Positions 1 to 8,796 of a stretch of DNA of 32,000 nt are shown here, in pieces. Every line of letters starts with the position of its first letter. The stretch's first letter is position 1. Made by a program: the position numbers and the translations under genes. The notes under the pieces are model-generated. The model was not told the origin of the DNA. It ran no database searches and was given only the letters and a program-made list of their open reading frames with translations. Source of the DNA: Nostoc punctiforme PCC 73102. Its GTDB lineage: Bacteria > Cyanobacteriota > Cyanobacteriia > Cyanobacteriales > Nostocaceae. The stretch lies in the NCBI RefSeq assembly GCF_000020025.1, contig NC_010628.1, positions 5,610,001 to 5,642,000 on the forward strand, in the 5' to 3' direction.

Positions 1-312
1 GAAACTGCGATCGCCACTGTTGAATCTTGGCAACAAGATTTCGCTGCTTTGCCTTTAAGTCAATTCTTGCTTGCTTTACACCCAACAGAATCAGCTAGTT
101 TTGAGTTCCCAGATGTTGAACGACAATTGCGACTTTGGGCAGAAACCCGCAATTTATTAGATGTGGCTGATTTAATTCTCAAAAGTGCTGCTTTTAGAAC
201 CGAGAGCCGAGGCGGACACTACCGTTTAGACTATCCTCAACCAGACCCCAATTGGCAAGTTCACACACTTGTCCAAAGAAATCATTGGTGGAAATCTCCA
301 ATATTATCTTGA
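1..312 (+). CDS. nadB: L-aspartate oxidase, C-terminal fragment (gene starts upstream of the window)
   Basis: Frame 1 is open from base 1 to the TGA at 310-312; the tracked start at 49 is only an internal TTG. The C-terminal signature FRTESRGGHYRLDYPQ is typical of NadB-type flavoproteins. Confidence 0.75.
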   Translation, partial: ETAIATVESWQQDFAALPLSQFLLALHPTESASFEFPDVERQLRLWAETRNLLDVADLILKSAAFRTESRGGHYRLDYPQPDPNWQVHTLVQRNHWWKSPILS

Positions 313-552
313 ATATTCTTCTGTCCCGCATTCCTCGTCTATGTAATTATGAGCGGGGTTAGTGACAGCCCTCTTCTAGAATATTTTTAATAAACTACCC
401 TTGCTATCTCCCAAAGGAATAAGACTCGCTAGCCCTGTCGGCGGAAACTTCAGCCACTCTTTTTGGGGTATTTCCAAGGAACAGATTTGGTTTCTAAGAC
501 ATAAGCCGCTTTATAGCGCTGCTTTACCACAAACTAAAATCAAAAATGCCCA

Positions 553-789
553 TCAGCGAGTGCCACTACCATGCTGACTGTCAGGACCACCATAATTTGG
601 TGGGATATATGCGTCTTTTAAATTTGGAGAATTGACTTTGCGGGCGATTAAAGTATTGCTGCTAGTACTAACAACAGTATTAGCACTTGCAGTACCGAAT
701 AGACTTATGCAAGTGGCAAATTTCGGTAATAATATGTAAGCACTTATACATAGTATCATAATCTTTGTGAATCGGAAGTTGGTTTTCAT
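553..789 (-). CDS. Small secreted protein: signal peptide plus a ~40-aa mature peptide ending YIPPNYGGPDSQHGSGTR
   Basis: ATG start. The N-terminus has a signal-peptide layout: basic MKTNFRFTK, hydrophobic IMILCISAYILL, then GTASA as a likely cleavage region. The Pro/Gly-rich motif sits exactly at the C-terminus. No family match could be verified. Confidence 0.45.
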   Translation of the reverse strand: MKTNFRFTKIMILCISAYILLPKFATCISLFGTASANTVVSTSSNTLIARKVNSPNLKDAYIPPNYGGPDSQHGSGTR

Positions 790-902
790 TAGTTGCAGTA
801 AATTTACTAATTTTTCATTTCAAACGTATTATTATTGACCCACGTATATTTACTGGAGTTTTTGAAAAAAATATTTGAACTTTATTAAATTATTCCCAAT
901 AC

Positions 903-932
903 TTTACAAGTAATTGTGGTGTCTACTTGTAA
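903..932 (-). promoter_or_regulatory. Candidate shared upstream element, copy 1 (tttac-N4-aattgtggt-N4-acttgtaa)
   Basis: Lies ~115-145 nt upstream of the minus-strand start at 789. The same three blocks recur at 4061-4087, upstream of the CHASE2 gene. It overlaps an 8-bp inverted repeat tacaagta/tacttgta. Confidence 0.25.
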
Positions 933-1537
933 AACAACCTTAATTTGCTGGTATTAAATAGTTTTTATACTTAAGTAATATTCTTAATTAGTCATTTTTA
1001 CATCAGTCTAAAGTTAGATATGTTGATGGATTGCTATAAGCGTTTTGCTTAATTCATTATTTATTAATAATATCTTAATACTTTTAAGTATTAACACTAT
1101 GTTTGCTGAATCAATATTTCAAAATATATAAAAACATACTTATTTTCTTGTATAGTTATGTTTTTCTTTTAGTAAAGATATATAAAGTTAAAATAAAGAA
1201 ATTGTTATTTTATAAGGATTTCAAAAACTATTAAACTAGAAGCTCAGTAATAATCCTATATAGTAAAAGTATATTTTTGTAGGTAAAAATAAATACAAAA
1301 AAATTATTTTTATAATTAATTCTGATGATTAATTCCTTTTTCACCTATCTTCTTAGTTTTAGTCATCAGGTCAAAAAGCCTTGCAAAGTCTCCATCTTGA
1401 TTAAAAAACTACCTCTATGGATATAGGAAATGCTTTTTCAAGATAGTACCTTAGACATATTTAAAGTTCATACTCCTAATTGGCGGTAAAATTTTTTACT
1501 ATAGGTAGAAAAATCTGGAGACTTGGCTCTTAACTAA

Positions 1538-3748
1538 TTAAGCAAACTCGTAGCGATTTTTACCCAGGTGCTTGGCACGATACATTGCTGCATCTGCTTG
1601 TTTGATTAAATTTTCACTGTCTTGGCTATTGTATGGGTAGACACTTATGCCAATACTGGCAGAGATTCGGATTGCATAGCCATCCAAAACAATTGGCTTG
1701 GTAATACTGCTTAGGATTTTTTCGGCGACTTTAGCAGCTATCTGGACGTTAGGAATTGCCCGCAAAATTATAGTAAATTCATCGCCACCCAAACGAGAAA
1801 CTGTATCGCTAGCGCGTAAAGAGTTGCTGAGTCTTCCCGCGATAGTCATTAGCAAGCGATCGCCAGTCTCGTGCCCCAGAGTATCATTAACTTGCTTAAA
1901 GCCATCTAAATCAATAAACAGCAGTCCCAATAACAGGTTATTGTGTTGCGCCCAATGTAATGACTCGTAAAGTTGTTCGGCAAAAAATTTGCGATTGGAT
2001 AAACCGGTCAGGGGGTCGTGATACGCCAAATAACGCAAGTGATCTTCTTTGAGTTTTAATTCATTGTTAGACTGAAATAGTTCAGCAGCAGTGCGCTTAA
2101 GTTGTTCCTCCATCAGCTTGCGCTGAGTAATATCTCGGATGACCCCAACTAAAAAGAAATTGCCAGCTGCGTCTTTGTGGAGCGATCGCTTAGTGGCAAT
2201 TTGATGAGTCTGTCCATCTGCATTTGTAAATTCTTCTTCATGTTCCTGGGGTCTTTCAGTTCGGAACACAAGATCATCCTGTTGCCGAAACACATCAGCT
2301 TCATGTTTAGGGAAAAAGTCATAGTCTGACTTCTCAATTAACAACTTATTTGGATAACCGATAAATCGACAATAGGCTTCATTTAAAACAATCCACTGAT
2401 GTTGTTCATTTTTCACAAAAATTGGATCGGGAATCGTGTTGATTACGTGATGCAAAAATTCTTTAGAACGTTTCCACTCTTCCTGGATATGGGCAATATG
2501 ACTGATCATCCAAATAGCTGAACTGCCAAAGCTAAACAATGAGGGAAGGAGCGGTATCCAAAAACCGTATAAAAAAGCAAAGTATGTAGTCAGTGTCAAT
2601 ACAAAGCAAGAAACTAGGATACAAAGCAGACTTCTAGTAGCGTGCCGTATCCGCCATGTCGTCACGGCTCCCAGATAAGACCAGATAAAAATCCACAAGC
2701 ATTCCATCAAGTCAGACCAGAATCTGAATAATGGTCGTCCATCAAGAGCAGCAGATATTAACTCACTAATAAAATAAGCTTGCAGTTGAATTCCAGGTAC
2801 GGGCTTTGCCGTACCCATTAGACTGCTGGAGTAGGGAATAAATACAAAATCCTGAAGACTAGGTGCAGTAGAACCAATCAGTATAATCCGATCTTTGATT
2901 AAGTTTTCTTGGACTTTATCTGCCAGTACATCTTTTATCGATACCTGACGAAAATTACAAATTTCTCTAGATGAACTTTGACATTTCGGTTTGGGAAAAT
3001 TAGCCAAAATTTGATATCCTCTATCATCAGCCCCCACATAAGCACCATCATTAGCCTCGAAACGAGTAAATGCTGCCTTACCTAATTGCAAATACTTAGG
3101 GTTGTTTTTTGCTTTAGTAGGAGTAATTCCTTTTGGCTTTAAATACAATAAAGCCAACTTCAGGGCAAAACTTTCGTGTAACTGCTCATCAACGTGCCAA
3201 TACAACAAACTGCGACGTACTTTACCATCAAGATCGTATAGCACGTTATTAAAGCCAACTTGATCCTTATTCAGTCCCTGTGGAGGCAAAACACTAAAGT
3301 TTTTGTTTTTGTCATTTGCCAATAGTTCAATACCAATTAAATTGGGCATTGACTTATAAGTATTACGCAGTTCTTGATTACCAGGCTGTACTGGCAAATT
3401 TCTGTAGAGATCTAAGCCAATAGCACGGGGTTTGTGGACATTTAATTTTTGCAACAACAGTGCAATTTTCGCATCTGGAATCGGCCACAAACGTATTTCG
3501 TTCAAATATGCTTCATCAATGACTACGATCGTAATACGCTCTTCCGGTGGTTCATTTGGACGTAAGCGAAACAATTGATCCAAAGCTGCAAACTCCAAAG
3601 ATTGCAATAATCCAATGGAGTGCAACAGCACGACGCAGACTGCAACGCTGACGGCAGTAATCAATTCTCTGTGTCCTCGACTAAGCGATTGTTTTAGTCC
3701 AAAGATTAACTTTACAAAACGCTTGTCTAGCTGCTGATTCATTCCCAT
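1538..3748 (-). CDS. CHASE2-PAS-GGDEF sensor diguanylate cyclase
   Basis: 736-aa ORF. An N-terminal TM is followed by a CHASE2-type region (LEFAALDQLFRLRP...). Three hydrophobic helices follow, then a PAS region (INTIPDPIFVKNEQHQWIVLNEAY...). The GGDEF domain has an intact RLGGDEF motif and an RxxD I-site (RASD) at the canonical spacing. Confidence 0.9.
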   Translation of the reverse strand: MGMNQQLDKRFVKLIFGLKQSLSRGHRELITAVSVAVCVVLLHSIGLLQSLEFAALDQLFRLRPNEPPEERITIVVIDEAYLNEIRLWPIPDAKIALLLQKLNVHKPRAIGLDLYRNLPVQPGNQELRNTYKSMPNLIGIELLANDKNKNFSVLPPQGLNKDQVGFNNVLYDLDGKVRRSLLYWHVDEQLHESFALKLALLYLKPKGITPTKAKNNPKYLQLGKAAFTRFEANDGAYVGADDRGYQILANFPKPKCQSSSREICNFRQVSIKDVLADKVQENLIKDRIILIGSTAPSLQDFVFIPYSSSLMGTAKPVPGIQLQAYFISELISAALDGRPLFRFWSDLMECLWIFIWSYLGAVTTWRIRHATRSLLCILVSCFVLTLTTYFAFLYGFWIPLLPSLFSFGSSAIWMISHIAHIQEEWKRSKEFLHHVINTIPDPIFVKNEQHQWIVLNEAYCRFIGYPNKLLIEKSDYDFFPKHEADVFRQQDDLVFRTERPQEHEEEFTNADGQTHQIATKRSLHKDAAGNFFLVGVIRDITQRKLMEEQLKRTAAELFQSNNELKLKEDHLRYLAYHDPLTGLSNRKFFAEQLYESLHWAQHNNLLLGLLFIDLDGFKQVNDTLGHETGDRLLMTIAGRLSNSLRASDTVSRLGGDEFTIILRAIPNVQIAAKVAEKILSSITKPIVLDGYAIRISASIGISVYPYNSQDSENLIKQADAAMYRAKHLGKNRYEFA

Positions 3749-4060
3749 TACCTAGTAGGGAGAAATGTTCTCTATTTTATATAGCTATTCACTATCGGAT
3801 TAACATATCTTAAGGGAGAGCTAAATAGAGTTTCTAAGAGTTTTTTCAACTCAGCAAGTTTTTCAAGACATCCTGGCATTTGTGAATGTAATAACATAAA
3901 TTGAGGCTGATTTTCTGACCAAACGGCAACTGGGAGTTTTGTGGCTATCAGCACAGATTAATAAATTTGTTGAAAAGGAGTTTCAGTGAATTTAACACCC
4001 AAATGCTTGTCTGGCAAAGCTTATTCAATTCAAGTTGCACATTTGTAATCAATTAAGTAT

Positions 4061-4087
4061 TTTACTGAGAATTGTGGTAACTTGTAA
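4061..4087 (-). promoter_or_regulatory. Candidate shared upstream element, copy 2 (tttac-N4-aattgtggt-N1-acttgtaa)
   Basis: Lies ~315-340 nt upstream of the CHASE2 gene start at 3748. It matches 903-932 in all three blocks (5+9+8 nt), but the internal spacing differs. Confidence 0.25.
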
Positions 4088-4536
4088 CTTCTAACAGACA
4101 CACCTTTAGGTTTGGTGCTGATATGATTACATCCCAAGTAGCCCCCAGTGTGCTGTAAAAAAATTAAATTGTACATCAAATTAAAGTAAATATACTTTAT
4201 TAATTTCCTTAAACTTTAAAATATTTTCGGATGAAAGCCGCAGGAAAATTGGTAATTGGCTATTGGACAAGACCTATTATCTATTACCAAAAACAAAACA
4301 GCCAACTGGAAACAGACTTTGCTGTATTCATTCAGTTGACTATAATCAGCGCTATAGCAGTAGTGGGGCGTTTATTCTAGGCTGATTGGCAAAAAGCAGC
4401 CTGTATTGATTTAAGCTCCACGTAGGTAAACCTCAAGTAAAACAAGTGGCATGGCACTCTTTTAACTCAGCACTATTCATTTATGGGATGTGAGCTACAC
4501 CTTACTACTAGCTCGATGTAGCCTTCCTGAAGGTAA

Positions 4537-5520
4537 TTATTTGAAACGCTTGAAGTCGATAGGCCCTGTGTAACCAGAAACTTTTGCTAGTTCCTCTAAG
4601 TTTTGGACTCCGCTATAGCTTTTACCATTGATGATCCAAGTGGGGAAGCCTTCAATTTTTGCGGCTTTACACAGTTCTGGTTGAGCTTTGAGTCCATCGG
4701 GAGCGCACTCTACCTTAACATCTCTGTTGATTATTTCCTCGGCTTCTTTACCAAAAAGCAGCTTTTGTTCATGGCAGTGAGGACACCAGTAAGCAGTGTA
4801 TTCCTTCGCGCCTACCTTTGCTAGATGGCTTGCTAAGGCCATTTCTGCCTCGCCAGAAGTGGTGGTAACTTCCCAACCGAAGGCTGGGTTAGGATCTTCT
4901 TTGGGATTAAAGGTAATTTTAACGGGTTGTCCTGGTGTTCCAGATGTAACATCTGATTTATTCACGCCAGCATAAACGCCTAAAGTGCCAATCAGCGTTA
5001 CTATACCCACAATTAGGGCGGTAAAGAAGATTTGTCCAATATCCTCCCAAGTACGACCCATAATTGTTAGTACCAAAAGACTCACAGAAAACAAAGCTGA
5101 ACCAATACAGTAAGGACAAACAGCTTTAATTTGAGATGCCAACACGTACATTAAGTAACCGCTAAAGACAGACATAGCGATCGCACCCACCAGCAGCAGC
5201 CACCACGTCCAATTTTCTAATTGTTTGCGGCTATTGTTTTCCCCTGAGTTGAATACCAAGGGAGCTAAAGCAAATATCACCATACTGATGTACGCCAAAA
5301 ACCCAAACAAAGCTAATGGCTGACCAAGAACTGTTGCCCAAGGACTGGAAAGCACATCATTACAGCCCTTAGTACCAGCCTCTGCTACACAAGCTGCACT
5401 GCCTCCTGTTAACTTTTCTATGGTGAGATAACCTGTGATCAAAGCACCACATCCAGCGATCGCGGCAATCAATGGCCGTGACCATTTATGAATCCAAGGA
5501 GTAGAACGACGGCGAATCAT
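4537..5520 (-). CDS. Vitamin K epoxide reductase (VKOR) homologue fused to a thioredoxin-like domain
   Basis: 327 aa with multiple TM helices, a loop cysteine pair (AACVAEAGTKGC) and a CPYC motif in a TM helix. The C-terminal soluble domain carries WCPHC. This is the typical cyanobacterial VKOR-Trx disulfide-forming architecture. Confidence 0.85.
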   Translation of the reverse strand: MIRRRSTPWIHKWSRPLIAAIAGCGALITGYLTIEKLTGGSAACVAEAGTKGCNDVLSSPWATVLGQPLALFGFLAYISMVIFALAPLVFNSGENNSRKQLENWTWWLLLVGAIAMSVFSGYLMYVLASQIKAVCPYCIGSALFSVSLLVLTIMGRTWEDIGQIFFTALIVGIVTLIGTLGVYAGVNKSDVTSGTPGQPVKITFNPKEDPNPAFGWEVTTTSGEAEMALASHLAKVGAKEYTAYWCPHCHEQKLLFGKEAEEIINRDVKVECAPDGLKAQPELCKAAKIEGFPTWIINGKSYSGVQNLEELAKVSGYTGPIDFKRFK

Positions 5521-5526
5521 AAATAT

Positions 5527-5645
5527 TGGGGAATGGGGAATGGGGAATGGGGAACTTGTACTGAGCGTAGTCGTAAAGCCTGCGGCATAGCTACGCTTAG
5601 GGCGTAGCCTCTCGTAGAGAAGTATGGGGAATGGGGATTGGGGAA
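5527..5645. repeat. STRR heptamer array (TGGGGAA x4 ... x3) split by a 70-bp composite dispersed-repeat insert
   Basis: TGGGGAA copies sit at 5527-5554 and 5625-5645. The insert at 5555-5624 contains cttgtactgagcgtagtcg and gcctctcgtagagaagt, modules that recur elsewhere in the window (10361-10402, 14604-14668, 14756-14805). Confidence 0.8.
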
Positions 5646-5693
5646 TAATAATTAATTGTTCGCTTGCTCTCCCTACTCCCCACTCCTTACTTT

Positions 5694-6542
5694 CTAAGAA
5701 TGTAACTTTACTTGTTCTGCTGATTTGCTTTCACCTTTGGAGTTCCAACTGCGACGCGCGGCTTCGACAAATTGACTGACGCGAATTGGGTCAATTGGTT
5801 GCTCTATACGCCCGTGACGTTTCAGAGAACTGGAAACTATTACACCATCTGCGGCCTGCATCAATGTATCAATATTTTCCCAATTTGCCCCACTACCAAT
5901 GAACACTGGCGTGCCAGATGCTGCATCACAAGCTAGTTCCAAATCTTCTAAGTTAGGAGGGCTACCAGTAGCCCAACCAGACAAAATAACTCCGTCTGCT
6001 AAACCCCTTTCAATGGTGTCTTTAACGGCGACTGTGAGATTTGGAGAACTCAAAGGACGGGCGTGTTTTACCAACACATCGGCCAGAATTTTAACATCGC
6101 AGCCTAACTCCCGTCGATAGCGGAGTAGGTGATGGGCTTCTCCTTCAATTAATCCCTGATCGGTTGCCATTACTCCCGTGAGAACGTTGACGCGGATGAA
6201 TTGCGCTTGCACACAGCTAGCGATCGCCATTGCACTTTTGCCGTCGTTTCGCAAAACATTTAAGCCTATAGGCAAAGTCACCAAGTTTTGTATCCGTTGC
6301 ACCACAATGGTCATGGCACTCACAACCACGGGATCGACTTGGTTTTTGGTAAAGGGCGCGTCGAAAAAATTCTCCACAATCAAACCGTCAACCCCTCCGC
6401 TGGCAAGGGCTGCGGCTTCTTGTTCAGCTCGGTCAATCACCGCTTTTAAGCTACCTCCCCAACGGGGTGAGGTAGGCAGTGGTAGCAGGTGAACCACTCC
6501 AATAATCGGTGAGCGAGTTTTAAATAATTGATATAAGTCCAC
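5694..6542 (-). CDS. btpA: BtpA/SgcQ family protein (photosystem I biogenesis protein BtpA)
   Basis: 282 aa. The N-terminus IIGVVHLLPLPTSPRWGG and the motifs GVDGLIVENFFDAPF and LGLNVLRND are characteristic of the BtpA TIM-barrel family. Confidence 0.85.
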   Translation of the reverse strand: MDLYQLFKTRSPIIGVVHLLPLPTSPRWGGSLKAVIDRAEQEAAALASGGVDGLIVENFFDAPFTKNQVDPVVVSAMTIVVQRIQNLVTLPIGLNVLRNDGKSAMAIASCVQAQFIRVNVLTGVMATDQGLIEGEAHHLLRYRRELGCDVKILADVLVKHARPLSSPNLTVAVKDTIERGLADGVILSGWATGSPPNLEDLELACDAASGTPVFIGSGANWENIDTLMQAADGVIVSSSLKRHGRIEQPIDPIRVSQFVEAARRSWNSKGESKSAEQVKLHS

Positions 6543-6837
6543 GTCTTTAATCCGCCTCGCGGAGTCCAGAGTCTAGAATTTTTTGACTATTGATTATATG
6601 ACCCTTGACTCTTGACTTTTCATTAACTAGTCAAATGTGTTTTATGATAGTCGGTTTATTGCCTCCTTCCTCAGATGGAAATTGGCGTGAAACCTCCCAT
6701 AAGATATGTTAAGATAAAACCTGGCTACAAGAGGAGTTTGCCACTCACTAGACGCAAGGCAGCTTTCCGTGGTTTAGGCATCTTGTCCGCGCCCAGTTGC
6801 AGGACTTGCCAATCGCCAGGCTAGCATTACTGCTTTA

Positions 6838-6920
6838 TAGGCGTAGTCGCTTTCGTCGATTTCCCGGAGGGTAGCGACTTCTCACAACAAGCCCTTTGGG
6901 CGGCTTCCCGATGGGTAGAT
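6838..6920. repeat. Dispersed hairpin-repeat-like segment
   Basis: ggcgtagtcgc...gtagcgact forms a 7-bp inverted repeat and shares the ggcgtag core with the repeats at 5600, 14587 and 25214. The boundaries are uncertain. Confidence 0.35.
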
Positions 6921-7214
6921 TAACAACGCACACGCTATGGTAATGTAAAATACCAATAGGCGAATTGTTAAAAAAGATTACAAGTGTCAAATGTACCCAA
7001 AGACACTTCAATTTACCCTGGGGAACAGATTGATAGGAATATCATAACATGACCTCTATTTTTATTTATTGATAGGGTTATGAGTCCACGTACAGTTACT
7101 AGCAGTGATAATTTGCCACTGTGGTGTTTTGATGAGGATGCTGATAGCAAAAAAGCGAAGTTAGCGCTGGAATGTTTGACAACAAGAAGAAAAAAATGAA
7201 GATATTTTCAAAAT

Positions 7215-8534
7215 ATGGGTGACAAGCCAACAATTGCCATTTCTCACCTGGGCTGCGAGAAAAATCGAATTGATACAGAACACATGCTGGGAATGCTCGT
7301 AGAAGCAGGCTACGGTGTAGATACAAATGAAGAGTTAGCAGATTACGTTATTGTTAATACTTGTAGTTTTATTGAAGCAGCCCGGCAAGAATCTGTCAGA
7401 ACTTTGGTAGAACTGGCAGAGGCAAATAAAAAGATCGTAATCACTGGCTGTATGGCGCAACACTTTCAAGAACAACTTTTGGAGGAATTGCCCGAAGCAG
7501 TAGCCGTTGTCGGCACAGGCGATTATCACAAAATTGTTAATGTAATTGAGCGTGTTGAACTTGGCGAACGGGTTAAACAGGTTAGTATCGAACCAACCTA
7601 CATTGCCGACGAAACTACACCGCGTTATCGTACTACAACCGAGGGCGTAGCTTACCTACGGGTTGCCGAAGGTTGTGATTATCGTTGTGCATTTTGTATA
7701 ATTCCTCATCTTCGAGGGAACCAGCGATCGCGTACTATTGAATCTATAGTCGCCGAAGCCGAGCAGTTAGTTAGTCAAGGTGTAAAGGAAATTATTCTAA
7801 TTTCCCAAATCACTACTAATTACGGTTTGGATATTTACGGTAAGCCAAAATTAGCCGAATTACTTCGTGCTTTGGGGAAAGTAGATATACCGTGGATCAG
7901 AATGCATTACGCTTATCCTACGGGACTGACCCCAGATGCGATCGCGGCGATTCAAGAAACACCAAACGTCTTGCCTTATCTGGATTTGCCCTTACAGCAT
8001 TCTCATCCAGATATTCTCCGCGCCATGAACCGTCCTTGGCAAGGGCGGGTAAATGATGGGATTATAGATCGCATCAAAACGGCGCTACCAACAGCCGTAC
8101 TGCGGACAACATTTATTGTTGGTTTCCCAGGAGAAACACAAGAGCATTTTGAGCATCTACTAGAGTTCGTTCAACGGCATGAATTCGATCATGTTGGTGT
8201 CTTCACCTTTTCCTCTGAGGAAGGAACCCCAGCTTACAAGCTACCAAATCAGTTGGCCCAAGAAGTGATGGACGATCGCCGATACCAACTGATGGAACTC
8301 CAGCAACCGATTTCTCAAAAGAAAAATCAACAGGAAGTAGGCAAAATCGTCGATGTCCTGATTGAGCAAGAAAATCCTGAAAGTGGTGAACTAATAGGTC
8401 GTTCAGGTAGATTTTCCCCAGAGGTTGATGGTCTGGTGTATGTCAAAGGCCAGGCAAAGTTAGGAACCATCGTGCCAGTAGCGATTCACCACGCTGATAC
8501 ATACGACCTCTATGGTCAAGTAGTCAATAACTAA
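7215..8534 (+). CDS. rimO: Ribosomal protein S12 methylthiotransferase RimO (radical SAM)
   Basis: 439 aa with an N-terminal UPF0004-type start ([18 protein letters not shown]) and the radical-SAM cluster motif [10 protein letters not shown]-terminal TRAM-like domain is present, and the size and N-terminus fit RimO better than MiaB. Confidence 0.85.
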   Translation: MGDKPTIAISHLGCEKNRIDTEHMLGMLVEAGYGVDTNEELADYVIVNTCSFIEAARQESVRTLVELAEANKKIVITGCMAQHFQEQLLEELPEAVAVVGTGDYHKIVNVIERVELGERVKQVSIEPTYIADETTPRYRTTTEGVAYLRVAEGCDYRCAFCIIPHLRGNQRSRTIESIVAEAEQLVSQGVKEIILISQITTNYGLDIYGKPKLAELLRALGKVDIPWIRMHYAYPTGLTPDAIAAIQETPNVLPYLDLPLQHSHPDILRAMNRPWQGRVNDGIIDRIKTALPTAVLRTTFIVGFPGETQEHFEHLLEFVQRHEFDHVGVFTFSSEEGTPAYKLPNQLAQEVMDDRRYQLMELQQPISQKKNQQEVGKIVDVLIEQENPESGELIGRSGRFSPEVDGLVYVKGQAKLGTIVPVAIHHADTYDLYGQVVNN

Positions 8535-8535
8535 A

Positions 8536-8567
8536 TTGTCCTTTGTCTTTTGTCTTTTGTCCTTTGT
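8536..8567. repeat. STRR heptamer array (TTGTCCT/TTGTCTT, ~4.5 copies)
   Basis: Direct 7-nt periodicity immediately after the rimO stop codon. Confidence 0.8.
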
Positions 8568-8706
8568 TAAATGACCCTTAGAGATTTACCCTTATTTTAA
8601 GGTCAACGCTGCGTTAATGGCAGTTTTCATGAGGGTTTACCTGAAGTTCGCGGACTCTTTGGCATAGTCTCTCCAAGACTTGAGGCTTCGCTACCGCCCT
8701 TGGCTT

Positions 8707-8762
8707 ACTAATAACTAATGACTAATGACTAATGACTAATGACTAATGACTAAATGGCTAAT
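8707..8762. repeat. STRR heptamer array (ACTAATG x5 plus degenerate flanks)
   Basis: Five perfect ACTAATG units at 8714-8748, ending ~35 nt before the helicase start codon. Confidence 0.85.
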
Positions 8763-8796
8763 CCAAGAATCCTTACATAAAATTTAGGACGAATTA

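Noticed and set aside
553-789. C-terminal ...HGSGTR considered as a PatS/PatX/HetN-type RGSGR heterocyst-inhibitor peptide.
   Set aside because: The defining pentapeptide RG(S/T)GR is not present: His replaces the first Arg and there is an extra Thr before the last Arg. PatS-type products also lack a Sec signal peptide. It is kept only as a loose analogy.
905-935. Possible NtcA binding site (GTA-N8-TAC) in the inverted repeat tacaagta...tacttgta.
   Set aside because: The spacing between GTA and TAC is 11 nt, not 8, and there is no properly placed -10 box that I can justify.
1698-2337. Tracked ORFs 1698-1970 (+) and 2149-2337 (-) inside the CHASE2-GGDEF gene.
   Set aside because: They are antisense or out of frame within a well-supported 736-aa gene, and their translations are low-complexity.
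3772-3954. 60-aa tracked ORF upstream of the CHASE2 gene, and a 51-codon ATG ORF at 4231-4383.
   Set aside because: The start is non-canonical or the context weak. There are no recognisable motifs, and both lie in an AT-rich promoter-like region, so there is no support beyond being open.
4603-6492. Tracked ORFs 4603-4824, 5899-6120 and 6178-6492 (+).
   Set aside because: They are antisense shadows of the VKOR and btpA genes.
7095-7130. GCCACTGT upstream of rimO resembling the conserved core of a cobalamin riboswitch.
   Set aside because: The remaining conserved riboswitch elements (the GGGAA...GGTG...AATCC stretch) are absent upstream, and rimO is not an expected B12-regulated gene.
6543-7214. 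A 670-bp divergent intergenic region screened for structured RNAs (RNase P RNA, tmRNA, 6S, SRP RNA).
   Set aside because: None of the signature motifs I know (GAAAGTCC for RNase P, GGGGCTG...CCACCA for tmRNA, the SRP GGAAGCAGCC loop) are present. The region contains only heptamer (CTTGACT) and dispersed hairpin repeats. An unknown sRNA cannot be excluded.
7099-7529. Tracked ORFs 7099-7326 and 7335-7529 (-).
   Set aside because: They overlap the rimO start region or coding sequence in antisense and have no motifs.
8536-8762. Short tandem arrays (also at 5527-5645, 16343-16397, 19061-19090, 20541-20660) considered as possible CRISPR arrays.
   Set aside because: The units are 7 nt with no unique spacers and no cas genes. 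They match the STRR heptamer class typical of heterocystous cyanobacteria.
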